Assembly (NCBI GenBank): GCA_039973685.1
Contig: JBDWKL010000050.1
Coordinates: 1,766 to 65,765, forward strand
Reading direction: 5' to 3'
Source: Hyphomicrobiales bacterium
Lineage (GTDB): Bacteria > Pseudomonadota > Alphaproteobacteria > Rhizobiales > JACESI01
DNA length: 64,000 nucleotides
The stretch's first letter is position 1; every line of letters starts with the position of its first letter. The position numbers and the translations under genes are program-made. The notes beneath the pieces were generated by a model that did not search any database, was not told the DNA's origin, and worked only from the letters and a program-made list of their open reading frames with translations. This document shows, one piece after another, positions 8,824 to 18,454 of this stretch.

Positions 8824-10239
8824 ATGGACAGCAAGCAATTCTATATCAATGGTCAGTGGGTAGCCCCTGCAACACCTCAAGATTTTCCTGTTATTGATCC
8901 ATCGACAGAAGAACAATGCGGCATCATTTCGCTTGGTAGTGCTGATGATGCAGACCGCGCGGTTGCTGCGGCAAAAGCGGCTTTTCCTGCATGGGCCCAA
9001 ACACCTTTGAGCGAACGAATTGCGCTGCTTGAAAAATTCGAAGCTCTATTTAACGCTCGAAAAGATGACATCGTGAAAGCGATGACCTCAGAAATGGGTG
9101 CGCCGCGTGATTATTCTCGCGATGTGCAATTTGCTGCTGGTGCGGACCATATTCGCGCGACCATTGAAGCGGCCAACAAATTCACCTTTGAAGAACGCCG
9201 CGACGATTGCTTGATAACACACGAACCGATTGGTGTTGTCGCAATGATCACACCTTGGAACTGGCCGATGAACCAAGTGGTCTTGAAGATTGCGCCAGCC
9301 CTCATTGTTGGCGCTACACTCGTTTTAAAACCATCTGAGATTGCGCCCCTCTCCTCGCTCATCGTGGCAGAACTCATTCATGAAGCAGGCTTTCCAAAAG
9401 GCGTGTTTAATTTGGTGAACGGCGACGGCGCAGGCGTTGGCTCTCGCCTATCACAGCACCCAGATGTCGACATGGTATCTTTCACTGGTTCCACCCGTGC
9501 AGGTATCGCGATTTCTAAGGTTGCAGCAGATACAATCAAACGTGTATCGCTGGAACTTGGTGGTAAGGGCGCTAACATCATTTTTGCAGACGCAGATGAT
9601 GACGCCGTATCGCAAGGCATCGCAGGCTGTTTCGACAATGCGGGCCAATCTTGTGACGCTCCAACCAGAATGCTGGTTGAACGCTCAATCTACGACAAAG
9701 CGCTAGAAAAAGCAGAAGCAGCGGCAAAAGCTCAAAAGGTAGCGTCTGGCCATGAGAGCGGCGATCATATCGGCCCCGTGGTTAGTGATGTTCACTGGAA
9801 CAAAATCCAAGGTCTGATCCAAGCAGGCATAGATGATAAAGGCCGCCTTTTAACTGGCGGCACGGGAAAACCGGACGGGCTTGAAAAAGGCTACTTCGTC
9901 AAACCAACCGTGTTTGCCGACATCACACCAGACATGACAATTGCGAACGAAGAAATCTTCGGCCCCGTGCTTGCCATCATGCCGTTTGATACAGAAGAAG
10001 AAGCAATCCAAATTGCCAACGACACGCCATACGGCCTTGGCAACTATGTACAGACCCGAGACCCTGAACGTGCGCTGCGTGTTGCAAAACGCCTTCGCTC
10101 TGGCACCGTCAATCTAAACGGCGGCTATGGCAGCGTGAACACACCCTTTGGTGGCTACAAACAATCAGGCAATGGTCGTGAGGGCTCTGATTGGGGTTTG
10201 ATGGAATACCTTGAAGTTAAATCCATAAACGGTCTCTAG
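8824..10239 (+). CDS. NAD(P)-dependent aldehyde dehydrogenase
   Basis: Contains ITPWNWP, the ELGGKGANIIF glutamate motif and the FDNAGQSCDAPTR catalytic Cys. Start moved to MDSKQFYINGQWV; the ORF track starts at 8779. Confidence 0.9.
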   Translation: MDSKQFYINGQWVAPATPQDFPVIDPSTEEQCGIISLGSADDADRAVAAAKAAFPAWAQTPLSERIALLEKFEALFNARKDDIVKAMTSEMGAPRDYSRDVQFAAGADHIRATIEAANKFTFEERRDDCLITHEPIGVVAMITPWNWPMNQVVLKIAPALIVGATLVLKPSEIAPLSSLIVAELIHEAGFPKGVFNLVNGDGAGVGSRLSQHPDVDMVSFTGSTRAGIAISKVAADTIKRVSLELGGKGANIIFADADDDAVSQGIAGCFDNAGQSCDAPTRMLVERSIYDKALEKAEAAAKAQKVASGHESGDHIGPVVSDVHWNKIQGLIQAGIDDKGRLLTGGTGKPDGLEKGYFVKPTVFADITPDMTIANEEIFGPVLAIMPFDTEEEAIQIANDTPYGLGNYVQTRDPERALRVAKRLRSGTVNLNGGYGSVNTPFGGYKQSGNGREGSDWGLMEYLEVKSINGL

Positions 10240-10248
10240 GCGCGATCT

Positions 10249-11151
10249 GTGACACGCCAAGCACCAACTCCAACCACAGCATCTCTCGCTGTCGTATTGC
10301 CTGCAGCGCTTTGGGGTGCTGTATGGTGGCCGCTTCGTTATTTGGATCAACAAGGTGTCCCAGGTGAATGGTCTATTGGCTTCGTCAATCTGGTAGCCGC
10401 TTTGGTGCTGTTGCCGTTTTTGATCTTCTGGTTCCGCCAATATCGCGCCCATCTTGGCAAAGCGTTTCTCATCGGGGTCGCCACTGGAACTGGGATTACC
10501 CTTTATTATTTAGGGATCATCCATACCTCAATTATCAGAGCGACATTGTTCTTTTATATGACGCCAATTTGGGCAACGCTCATCGGCATTTATTGGCTGA
10601 AAGAACCCTCAACCTTTCGCCGTTGGACGGCTATTGGCATTGGGCTTGTTGGCTTGATTTTACTTTTGTCAGGCGACCACATCAGAGCCTTCAATATTGG
10701 CGACTTCCTCGCTTTTTTATCAGGTGTTTCATGGGCAATTGGCGGGGCAATGCTCAACCGCTATAACGACGTGCCCTTTGTCGCGAGCACGTTTTTCCAG
10801 TTTCTCGTGGCAGCAGTTGTGATCTTCCCGATCTCACTCATGGTTGGTATTTTGGTGGTACCTGACTTTGGTGATTTTTGGGTGCAAACGCCGGTGATGA
10901 TCATTGCAGCGCTAGTCTTGTTCCTGCCCTCAATCCTCAGCATCTTTTGGGCAAGCCAATATCTGTTCCCTGGGCGGGTTGGTCTGCTGATGATGTCTGA
11001 AGTCTTAGTCGCCGTTATCTCAACAAGCTTGCTGCTTGAAGACGAGCAGTTGCAGTTCATTCACTGGATTGGGGCCGCTCTCATTATCATCGCGGGCATT
11101 GTAGAACTAACGCCAGCGCGAAAGAAGACTGAAAGCCCTCCCATCAAATGA
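10249..11151 (+). CDS. EamA/DMT-family transporter
   Basis: 300 aa with about 10 TM helices in two repeated halves. GTG start. The 3' end overlaps ctaA by 8 nt in convergent orientation. Confidence 0.8.
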   Translation: MTRQAPTPTTASLAVVLPAALWGAVWWPLRYLDQQGVPGEWSIGFVNLVAALVLLPFLIFWFRQYRAHLGKAFLIGVATGTGITLYYLGIIHTSIIRATLFFYMTPIWATLIGIYWLKEPSTFRRWTAIGIGLVGLILLLSGDHIRAFNIGDFLAFLSGVSWAIGGAMLNRYNDVPFVASTFFQFLVAAVVIFPISLMVGILVVPDFGDFWVQTPVMIIAALVLFLPSILSIFWASQYLFPGRVGLLMMSEVLVAVISTSLLLEDEQLQFIHWIGAALIIIAGIVELTPARKKTESPPIK

Positions 11152-12223
11152 AGTCGTAAGAACCTTCAACTTGTCTGAGGTGCCAGACCAAAGCCATCAG
11201 CACGAACAACACGCCAGCTTGGTGCATCAGCGCAACATCTAGCGGCACAGCAAGCAACAAAGTCGCAATGCCAATCAACGCCTGCCCTGTGACCGCTGCA
11301 AACACTAACCACGCAGAAACTTTCACGCGGCTGGATGCTGCCTTGCCCGTAATCCACAAGGCGTGAATAAGCGCCAACACCCAAAGGCCATAAGCGATGA
11401 AACGGTGATTGAATTGAACCGCTTTGGCATTTTCAAATGAATTAAGCCAAAACGGCTCCATCACGGCAAGTCCGTCTGGCACAAGCCCACCATCCATCAA
11501 TGGCCATGTGTTATAAGCAAGCCCTGCATCCATACCAGCCACCAAAGCGCCCGCGAAAATTTGGATGAAAACCAAAACAAGCAACGCCCAACCTGCGCGG
11601 CTCAAAGCAAGACTTCCCGCAGCAGCACGTGGTTTTAAACCGAGGGCTACCCAATGAACGCCAGCGAAAAGAAAACAAGCAAGGCTCAGGTGCGTGGCAA
11701 GGCGATATTGGCTCACATCAACACGGTCAACCAACCCGCTTGCAACCATCCACCATCCGACAGCTCCTTGAAGTCCACCTAAGACAAACAAAATGGCGAT
11801 GCGTGGTTTCAACTGGCCAGGGAGCCATCCGAGCATCCAGAAGATGACAGCAGGAACGAAGAAGACCAAACCAATAAAGCGCCCCAAAAAGCGATGTCCC
11901 CACTCCCACCAGAAGATAAATTGAAACTCAGCAAGGCTCATGCCTTTGTTGATTTCTAGATATTCAGGGATCAGGCGATACTTATCAAAAGCAATTTGCC
12001 AATCAGCATCATTCAACGGCGGAATGGCCCCAAGGATCGGTTTCCATTCTGTAATCGAAAGACCTGAATCTGTCAGCCGCGTTGCGCCACCAACCACCAC
12101 CATGGCAAAAATCAAACCAAGGACTGTGTAAAGCCACGCACGGATCATCGCCAACCGCCCTGCAGGCGTATTGGTTTCAGTCGATATTGCCATTTTTGGT
12201 GCATCGCCTGCTAAGGTCATCAC
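11144..12223 (-). CDS. ctaA: Heme A synthase (COX15/CtaA)
   Basis: Polytopic protein with GGATRLTDSGLSITEWKP and conserved His residues (WGHRFLG, FNHRFIAY) typical of COX15/CtaA. Confidence 0.85.
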   Translation of the reverse strand: MMTLAGDAPKMAISTETNTPAGRLAMIRAWLYTVLGLIFAMVVVGGATRLTDSGLSITEWKPILGAIPPLNDADWQIAFDKYRLIPEYLEINKGMSLAEFQFIFWWEWGHRFLGRFIGLVFFVPAVIFWMLGWLPGQLKPRIAILFVLGGLQGAVGWWMVASGLVDRVDVSQYRLATHLSLACFLFAGVHWVALGLKPRAAAGSLALSRAGWALLVLVFIQIFAGALVAGMDAGLAYNTWPLMDGGLVPDGLAVMEPFWLNSFENAKAVQFNHRFIAYGLWVLALIHALWITGKAASSRVKVSAWLVFAAVTGQALIGIATLLLAVPLDVALMHQAGVLFVLMALVWHLRQVEGSYDFI

Positions 12224-12410
12224 AAAGTCCTATACTGACTATTCTTATAAGCGAAATAGCGCTCTATAGAGTTCTTTACAACCGCATGCGCATAAGAAAA
12301 ACTCAAATGCGATTGCTTGTCCGCTCACTTTGGGTGAAATTGATACCCATGCCCTTCACAAAGCGTAAGCCGCACGTTAGATACGGCACAACAATCGCTG
12401 AGGAAAAACC

Positions 12411-12641
12411 ATGAAACGCGCTCGTAAGATCATCGCCACCATCTTCTTGGTCGCCTTCATCGTGATCTATTCACTAGGTGCTATGGTTTTTGCCGTGCGC
12501 CTTTTGCCAGAGACATCAGGCTTCTTTCAATTCGTCTATTATGCGTTTGCGGGTCTGTTTTGGGTAATCCCTGCCGGATTTATCATCTGGCTAGGTTGGC
12601 GCGGAGAACGGGCGATTACGCCTAAGCACCCGAACCAATAG
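12411..12641 (+). CDS. DUF2842 small membrane protein
   Basis: 76 aa with two TM helices and YYAFAGLFWVIPAGFIIW. Its divergent position next to ctaA is typical in alphaproteobacteria. Confidence 0.7.
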   Translation: MKRARKIIATIFLVAFIVIYSLGAMVFAVRLLPETSGFFQFVYYAFAGLFWVIPAGFIIWLGWRGERAITPKHPNQ

Positions 12642-12653
12642 GCTGGATTTCAA

Positions 12654-13727
12654 CTAGAGCGTTTTGACGCGGTTAAATCGGTTCGCAATGTAGAATGGAA
12701 AGCCGCTCAACAAAGCGCGCATTGCACCCATATTTTGATAGTGTCCATTGATAGAAACACGCGGCAAGGCGCACATGTGATTAGTATGCTCTGCTGATAA
12801 TGTCCCTTTGCGGGTGGTAAAAGCAGCCTTGAAACCAATTTCCTCAGCAAGCCGAACCTCTCTCGGTCCAGCTGCACCCTCAAAACCATAAGGATAGGCG
12901 AAGAATTCCGTGTCGCATCCGGTCATTTCTTTGATCCTGCTGCGACTATCCATCATCTCCTGACTGGCTTTTTCACGGCTCAATTTAGGAAGGAATGGAT
13001 GGGAAACAGTATGAGCTGCAATCGTCACAAGCGGGTCACTTGATAGATCACTTAGCATTTCCCACGTCGACATTTCTTGATCTACAAGAGCGAGCGGATC
13101 GTGCTGATAATCATCATAAAGGCGTGTCAGGCAATTTTCAGCAACGTCAAAAGGCGCGTTCTTCAGCAGTTCAACGGCTTTTACGTAACTGGTGCCTTTT
13201 TCATTTTTACCAACGCATTGTAGCTGGTGGGTAGCGCCATCAATATAGAGTTCAATCTCATTATTCGATTGAATGATCGTCTCAAGGCTCAACCACCAAA
13301 TAGGAACCTTACGATCAACAAAGCCGGAACACACAAAAATGGTGAAAGGCACACGAAACGATTGAAGGATTGGATAAGCGGTCTCGATATTATCACGATA
13401 CCCATCATCAAAAGTTAGGGCAACAAACGGCGCTGTTTGCTTATCAGTCTTCATGCGCCAAATGGCTTCATCTAACGAGACAATATCGATACATTCTTGG
13501 CGAAACTCATCAAGCATTTGTGTCAAAAACTCAGGCTTGATGGAAAGGTGGTCATTGCCGCCAAAATAGCTGGGCGCACGATTCCCCACATGGTGCAGCA
13601 TCAAAACAGCACCAAGGCCGCCAAATACGGGTTTAACGACATTAGCAAGACCAGAGCGGCCAATTGCGTTTAAACCAAACCGCATGAATGAGGTTGAAAG
13701 AGCTGACAAAAGACACCCAGTATTCAA
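12654..13727 (-). CDS. Polysaccharide deacetylase (NodB-fold) family protein
   Basis: NodB motifs LTFDDGYRDN and AAHTVSHPFL. Confidence 0.85.
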   Translation of the reverse strand: MNTGCLLSALSTSFMRFGLNAIGRSGLANVVKPVFGGLGAVLMLHHVGNRAPSYFGGNDHLSIKPEFLTQMLDEFRQECIDIVSLDEAIWRMKTDKQTAPFVALTFDDGYRDNIETAYPILQSFRVPFTIFVCSGFVDRKVPIWWLSLETIIQSNNEIELYIDGATHQLQCVGKNEKGTSYVKAVELLKNAPFDVAENCLTRLYDDYQHDPLALVDQEMSTWEMLSDLSSDPLVTIAAHTVSHPFLPKLSREKASQEMMDSRSRIKEMTGCDTEFFAYPYGFEGAAGPREVRLAEEIGFKAAFTTRKGTLSAEHTNHMCALPRVSINGHYQNMGAMRALLSGFPFYIANRFNRVKTL

Positions 13728-13788
13728 AATCTTAATAAGAAGATGACATGGTAGCCGCAGAACGTGACTAAACCTTTACCGGATCGGC

Positions 13789-15021
13789 ATGAACAGGCGC
13801 AAAATGGCGGCTTTTAAAGAGAATACTCCAAATAACAATGAGAGCCACGTCGATTTTGAAATCGCAGCCTTCAATATTTCAGTATATTCTTCGTTTGAAG
13901 CTGTGATGCTTCAATGGCAAGAGTTGGAAGAAAAAACACCTGCTACGATCTATCAAACTTATGCTTGGCAAAAGGCTTGGCAAGATACAATTGGTGCAGC
14001 CGACAATGCAGAGCCGTTGCTGATTACCGCCTCAATTGATGGCAAAATTGTCTTTCTACTTCCCCTCACATTAGTCGAAAAATCTGGGTTGCTTACGGCC
14101 TGTTTCATGGGTGGTGATCACGCGAACTATAAGTTTGCGCTCTTTGATCCAAATCATTTGACTGAAATCAGCGCGATCCTTCCTAAGTTACTGGAACAAA
14201 TTGCAACGCTCAAAACGCACTCTATTGACGTGTTTGATCTAACACGCATACCACTGAAATGGGATGGCTTTGATAACCCATTGACTGAAGCGTTCAACCA
14301 TAGCCCCTCCACGGAAAATGGTGGTTCTGTCTCAATGGGTGGTGATTTTGACGCAGTGCTTGCTTACGGCAATTCAAAACGAAAACGCAAAATTTTGCGC
14401 GCGCAAGAACGAGGTCTCGAAGCGCTTGGTGGTTATGAATTTATCACCGCTCGAAATGCGAAAGAAGGCGCTGAAATTTATCAACTGTTTGTTGAACAAA
14501 AGCAGGAATGGTTCGCGCAACGTGGCATCGCCAACCCGTTTGATAATGAGCCTACTAAAGCCTTCTTTGGGATCCTCAACAAAAAAACCCAAAATGACGA
14601 AGGCCAACTCCTCAATTATAGCGCTTTGAAAGCAGACGGTAAGTTTCTTGGCCTCCTCGCCCACGGCATATTCAAAGGTCAAAGCTTCGGTTATTTCACC
14701 TCAATGAGTATGGACGAAAAGTACAAATCCATCTCGCCAGGTTCGTTCATCTTTCATAAGCAGATCGAAGAATGCTGCCTGAATGGTTTGCGGCGTTTTG
14801 ACTTTGGTGTTGGTGGCGAACGGTACAAAAAATCATGGTGTGATGAACAACACGACTTGGTTGATATCATTCTTCCAGTGTCCACCAAAGGACGCCTTTA
14901 TTGCGCCGCTGTTCGTCTAGGCCGTCATGCAAAGCAGCAGATTAAAGACAATGATGCCGTGTGGTCTTTTGTCAAAAAATGCAGAACGACATTGCTTGGC
15001 TCAAAAAAGAAGGCCCAGTAA
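13789..15021 (+). CDS. FemAB/CelD-like GNAT-fold acyltransferase
   Basis: 410 aa. The overall pattern (YQTYAWQKAW..., C-terminal RRFDFGVGGERYKKSW) matches BioF2-like/CelD-type acetyltransferase domains found in EPS loci. Confidence 0.7.
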   Translation: MNRRKMAAFKENTPNNNESHVDFEIAAFNISVYSSFEAVMLQWQELEEKTPATIYQTYAWQKAWQDTIGAADNAEPLLITASIDGKIVFLLPLTLVEKSGLLTACFMGGDHANYKFALFDPNHLTEISAILPKLLEQIATLKTHSIDVFDLTRIPLKWDGFDNPLTEAFNHSPSTENGGSVSMGGDFDAVLAYGNSKRKRKILRAQERGLEALGGYEFITARNAKEGAEIYQLFVEQKQEWFAQRGIANPFDNEPTKAFFGILNKKTQNDEGQLLNYSALKADGKFLGLLAHGIFKGQSFGYFTSMSMDEKYKSISPGSFIFHKQIEECCLNGLRRFDFGVGGERYKKSWCDEQHDLVDIILPVSTKGRLYCAAVRLGRHAKQQIKDNDAVWSFVKKCRTTLLGSKKKAQ

Positions 15022-15063
15022 GTAATACTGAGCCTTCTATAACTTTAAACCTATCGAACAATT

Positions 15064-17406
15064 CTATGCAGCAACCGCTCCACTGTCGGAGCCTATGGCG
15101 ACAAACATCGAGTGCGCTGGAACCGTATCAATGTTTTCGCGAAGCATTGCCGCAACCTGTTTGCGGGTCAACGGTGCATTGGTTGCAAAGACAATCATAT
15201 CCGCATGCTCAACCAGTTCATCAAAATAAGGAACTGTCACACCCATAGGATCGTGCAATACCGTAACATCATAGTTTTCTGACAATTCCTGCACGACTTC
15301 TTGCACGTGCCCTTCTTCCCAATCGTCAATGAAGAGTTCTGATGTGCCGCTCATAATCAAATCAACATCAGACATCGGATCAGCGAACACCGCTTCATCC
15401 AGATTAACGTCCTCATTAATTACATCCGAGATACCAGCAAGCGAAGCATCGCCTGTGAGGCCCGCATCACCTGTATCGACAAAAGCAACACCATGGCCAG
15501 ATGCACTGATTGAGCGGGCGAGTTGCAGCGCAAAATCGGCACAGCTACGGTTTTGGAAAACAGGCAAAACCACAATGTTTTCGAGTTGATATTTGTCAAT
15601 CGCGTCGATGGCTTGGGCGACCGAATAAAGGTCACTGGTTGACTTTACTTGGCGTCCCGCGCTTTTCGGGCGACGTCTGACTTTTTGGCGCAATTGCGTT
15701 GATTGTTTTTGTGCCACGTAATCCAACATGTCATCGTGACCGTCCGCCTCAACCGATTGATCTTCGCTCAGTGAAGTCTCATCTTCAAATGAGGTCTCAG
15801 GCTCAACTACTCGCTCATTTAGCGTCTCATTTTTGCGCTTTGCCTCTGCCATAATACCAGTAAGTTCAACATCTCCACGTTCATCTGCCTGCTCTGGCAC
15901 TTCGTGGGATAAGGATTCTTCATTGGTTTTTGCAACGAATTCTTCTGCGGCCAAATCATTAAAGCTTGGATCCACTTGGCCGTTCACCGTCACCATGGCC
16001 CGCCCCGTCAGCAGTTCTCCTGCAAGGATAAAGAGGCTTGCTAAGAATGCACCAGCAAATGTTGCAACAGCCAGCGTTGGAACTGGTTTTGGGAAATGCA
16101 CATTAAACGGAACGCTCGCAGCTGAAATAACCCGTGCGTTGACCGGAAGAAGTTCTGAATTTTGGCGTGCAGTCGACTCGCGGAAACGAGTTAGATAAGT
16201 CTCCAACAATTCACGTTGTGCATTGGCTTCACGCTCCAAAGCGCGCAATTTAATTTCTTGCTCATTTGCACGAGATGTTGCTGTTTTTAAGCGCGTAATT
16301 TCACGTTCCAGCTCTTGCTGGCGAACTTTTGCAACCTTAGCATCGCCTTCCAAAGCGCGTGCAATAAGCCGCGCTTGGCGAGCGATTTCTCGGTCTAAGT
16401 CAGCCAATTGCGATTGTGCCGCCTTCACTTGTGGGTGGCTTGCCAATAGGCTGGTTTGCAAGTCAACAATGCGAGCACGCAGTGACACTTGTTGTTCACG
16501 CAGACGCTGGATTAGTGGTGAATCTTGCACATCAGATGAGCTATCAAGTGCGGCACCAGAATTGAGGAGACGCAAAATTTGGTCTGCCTTTGCTTCTGCT
16601 TCTGTGCGCTCAGCATTAACATCGCTCAACAATGTCAAAGTTTCGCTAAGCTGTTGTTTTGTCAAAGTAGAATCGTCATCAACTGCAATAAGATCAGCAC
16701 TCGAACGGAAGTCTTCAACCTTACGTTCAGAAATCGCAACGCGCTCTCTTAGTTGGCTAATCTCTTTTTCAAGAAACAAAGAAGCCCCTTCAGTATTTGT
16801 CCGACTGTCGTCGCGTTGAACCTGAAGATATTCGTTGGTGATCGCATTCGCAATTTCAGCAGAAAGCGTTGGCTCACGTGTCACCACTTCAACAGAAACA
16901 ACCCGTGAATCATTCACACCATAAACAGTAACGCGCTCAGAAAGAGACTTCAGCACTCGTTCCTCACGAGTTTCAGAAGCGCCCCCACCTGTTGCAAAAC
17001 CCAGCAAGCTCATAAGGGTTGAAACCACCCCGCCGCCATTTGGATCAGACAGAAGTGGATCAAATTCAGCCTTGGTGCCGAGCTTAAGTTTATCTGCAAC
17101 TGCCTTTAGAATGCCGCGCGATTGCAAAACCTCTACCTGACTTGCCAATGACAATGCATCGAAATCATTTGCTTGCGGTATATTACGCTCATCGTTTGGA
17201 CGCGTAAAAACGGTCTCACGCTTTTCGATCAAAAGCTGAGTATTACTTTCATAAGTCGGCTTGACCAAAAACAGAAACAACACGGCAAGGCCTAAACCCA
17301 ACAATGCGAAAAAAATTACCCGCCACTTGCGACGCCAAAGCGCTCCAAATAAAGAAGTTAAATCGATCTCATCGTCATTACGATGGTTTGTTGCGAAGTC
17401 GCTCAT
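15064..17406 (-). CDS. Polysaccharide co-polymerase (GumC/ExoP-type chain-length determinant) with a degenerate C-terminal P-loop domain
   Basis: N-terminal Wzz motif and TM helix (IDLTSLFGALWRRKWRVIFFALLGL...PTYESNTQLLI), a long coiled-coil periplasmic region, a second TM helix and a ~190-aa cytoplasmic tail. In the tail, the usual BY-kinase Walker A position reads VLPVFQNRSC. Confidence 0.85.
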   Translation of the reverse strand: MSDFATNHRNDDEIDLTSLFGALWRRKWRVIFFALLGLGLAVLFLFLVKPTYESNTQLLIEKRETVFTRPNDERNIPQANDFDALSLASQVEVLQSRGILKAVADKLKLGTKAEFDPLLSDPNGGGVVSTLMSLLGFATGGGASETREERVLKSLSERVTVYGVNDSRVVSVEVVTREPTLSAEIANAITNEYLQVQRDDSRTNTEGASLFLEKEISQLRERVAISERKVEDFRSSADLIAVDDDSTLTKQQLSETLTLLSDVNAERTEAEAKADQILRLLNSGAALDSSSDVQDSPLIQRLREQQVSLRARIVDLQTSLLASHPQVKAAQSQLADLDREIARQARLIARALEGDAKVAKVRQQELEREITRLKTATSRANEQEIKLRALEREANAQRELLETYLTRFRESTARQNSELLPVNARVISAASVPFNVHFPKPVPTLAVATFAGAFLASLFILAGELLTGRAMVTVNGQVDPSFNDLAAEEFVAKTNEESLSHEVPEQADERGDVELTGIMAEAKRKNETLNERVVEPETSFEDETSLSEDQSVEADGHDDMLDYVAQKQSTQLRQKVRRRPKSAGRQVKSTSDLYSVAQAIDAIDKYQLENIVVLPVFQNRSCADFALQLARSISASGHGVAFVDTGDAGLTGDASLAGISDVINEDVNLDEAVFADPMSDVDLIMSGTSELFIDDWEEGHVQEVVQELSENYDVTVLHDPMGVTVPYFDELVEHADMIVFATNAPLTRKQVAAMLRENIDTVPAHSMFVAIGSDSGAVAA

Positions 17407-17655
17407 GGTGCTCGAATCTATAAGTTTAATCTAACTCTATAGATCACAATTATGGTAACTGTTTAGTTAACCGCCCTGAAAATCAAGCATAGCAAGACAA
17501 CTCACCACCAATAAAAACACAGGTAAGTAATTCATCCTTGTTACTCTCATTTATATTTTGTTAACGATAAAATTTTCCAAATTACTGCGGGCTTTACGCT
17601 CAATTAACTATGTTTTCGGATAAAGGGAGCGTGTAATCATTTCTGGCGAATTAAA

Positions 17656-18216
17656 ATGCGTTTCGTACCTGCTCTTATCCTAACCCTTGTTTGTAGTGTC
17701 CTTATTGGGTGCGCGAGCAACACTCTTCCGCAGTCGGCTTCTCACAAAGCCCTTACATCGCCCTATCAACTTGATAGCGGAGATCAATTGCGTGTAACTG
17801 TGTTTGAACAAGCAAACCTCTCAACGACCTATACAGTCGATCAAGCGGGTTTCATTACGATGCCACTCATTGGCGTTGTTCCAGCGCGTGGTCGCACAAC
17901 CCAACAATTATCAGGTGATGTCGCCGCCAAATTGCGTCAAGGCTACGTTCGCACCCCAGATGTTGCCATCGAAGTTGCAACTTTCCGCCCTTTCTTCATT
18001 CATGGCGAAGTCAACAACGCAGGCCAATTTGAATATGTAAACGGCCTTACAGCACAAACAGCAATCGCAATTGCAGGTGGTTTTTCACCACGAGCAAACC
18101 GCAAACAAGTTCAAATTGCGCGACAAATCAACGGCTCTATTGAACATGGCAAAGTTGATCTAAACACGCCAATCCGCCCGGGTGATACTATCACGGTCAA
18201 GGAGCGGCTTTTCTAA
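17656..18216 (+). CDS. Polysaccharide export outer-membrane lipoprotein (Wza/GumB/ExoF family, short form)
   Basis: Lipobox VLIGC, the Poly_export motif YQLDSGDQLRVTVFEQ and SLBB-like GEVNNAGQFEY...AIAIAGG. Confidence 0.85.
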   Translation: MRFVPALILTLVCSVLIGCASNTLPQSASHKALTSPYQLDSGDQLRVTVFEQANLSTTYTVDQAGFITMPLIGVVPARGRTTQQLSGDVAAKLRQGYVRTPDVAIEVATFRPFFIHGEVNNAGQFEYVNGLTAQTAIAIAGGFSPRANRKQVQIARQINGSIEHGKVDLNTPIRPGDTITVKERLF

Positions 18217-18299
18217 GCTTAAAAACTAATTCGCAGGAGCGTCTTCACGCACTGCTCACGAACGCGGGCCAAAGGTCTGGAGTACCCGCCACTCATGCT

Positions 18300-18331
18300 A
18301 GGCTCGTCATGGTAATCATGGCGAGCCTTTA
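18300..18331 (+). terminator. Terminator-like hairpin between the export and priming-transferase genes
   Basis: AGGCTCGTCATG / GTAAT loop / CATGGCGAGCCT forms a 12-bp stem with one mismatch. The T tail is weak (TTTA), so this may be an attenuator or stabiliser rather than a full terminator. Confidence 0.4.
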
Positions 18332-18454
18332 TCGTTAGCAGTTAGTAAAACAAAACCCTCAAATCTCACTCTTTCCTCGAAGCGTTTTTTTATGCTTTTC
18401 AGTTATCTTCCTCCCATACCAGAAGTAATGGGATTTCACTGGTGTGGGGAAAAT

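Noticed and set aside
15833-16819. Plus-strand ORFs (121 and 198 aa), rich in Ser/Arg/Ala, inside the co-polymerase gene.
   Set aside because: These are antisense shadows of the coiled-coil (Glu/Leu/Ala/Arg-rich) region of a well-supported minus-strand gene.
17407-17655. GGTAAC-TGTTTA-GTTAACC and other TTAAC-containing sequences in the divergent EPS promoter region, considered as CtrA boxes.
   Set aside because: The spacing and first half-site do not fit TTAA-N7-TTAAC. The region is simply AT-rich promoter DNA, and I cannot support a specific site.
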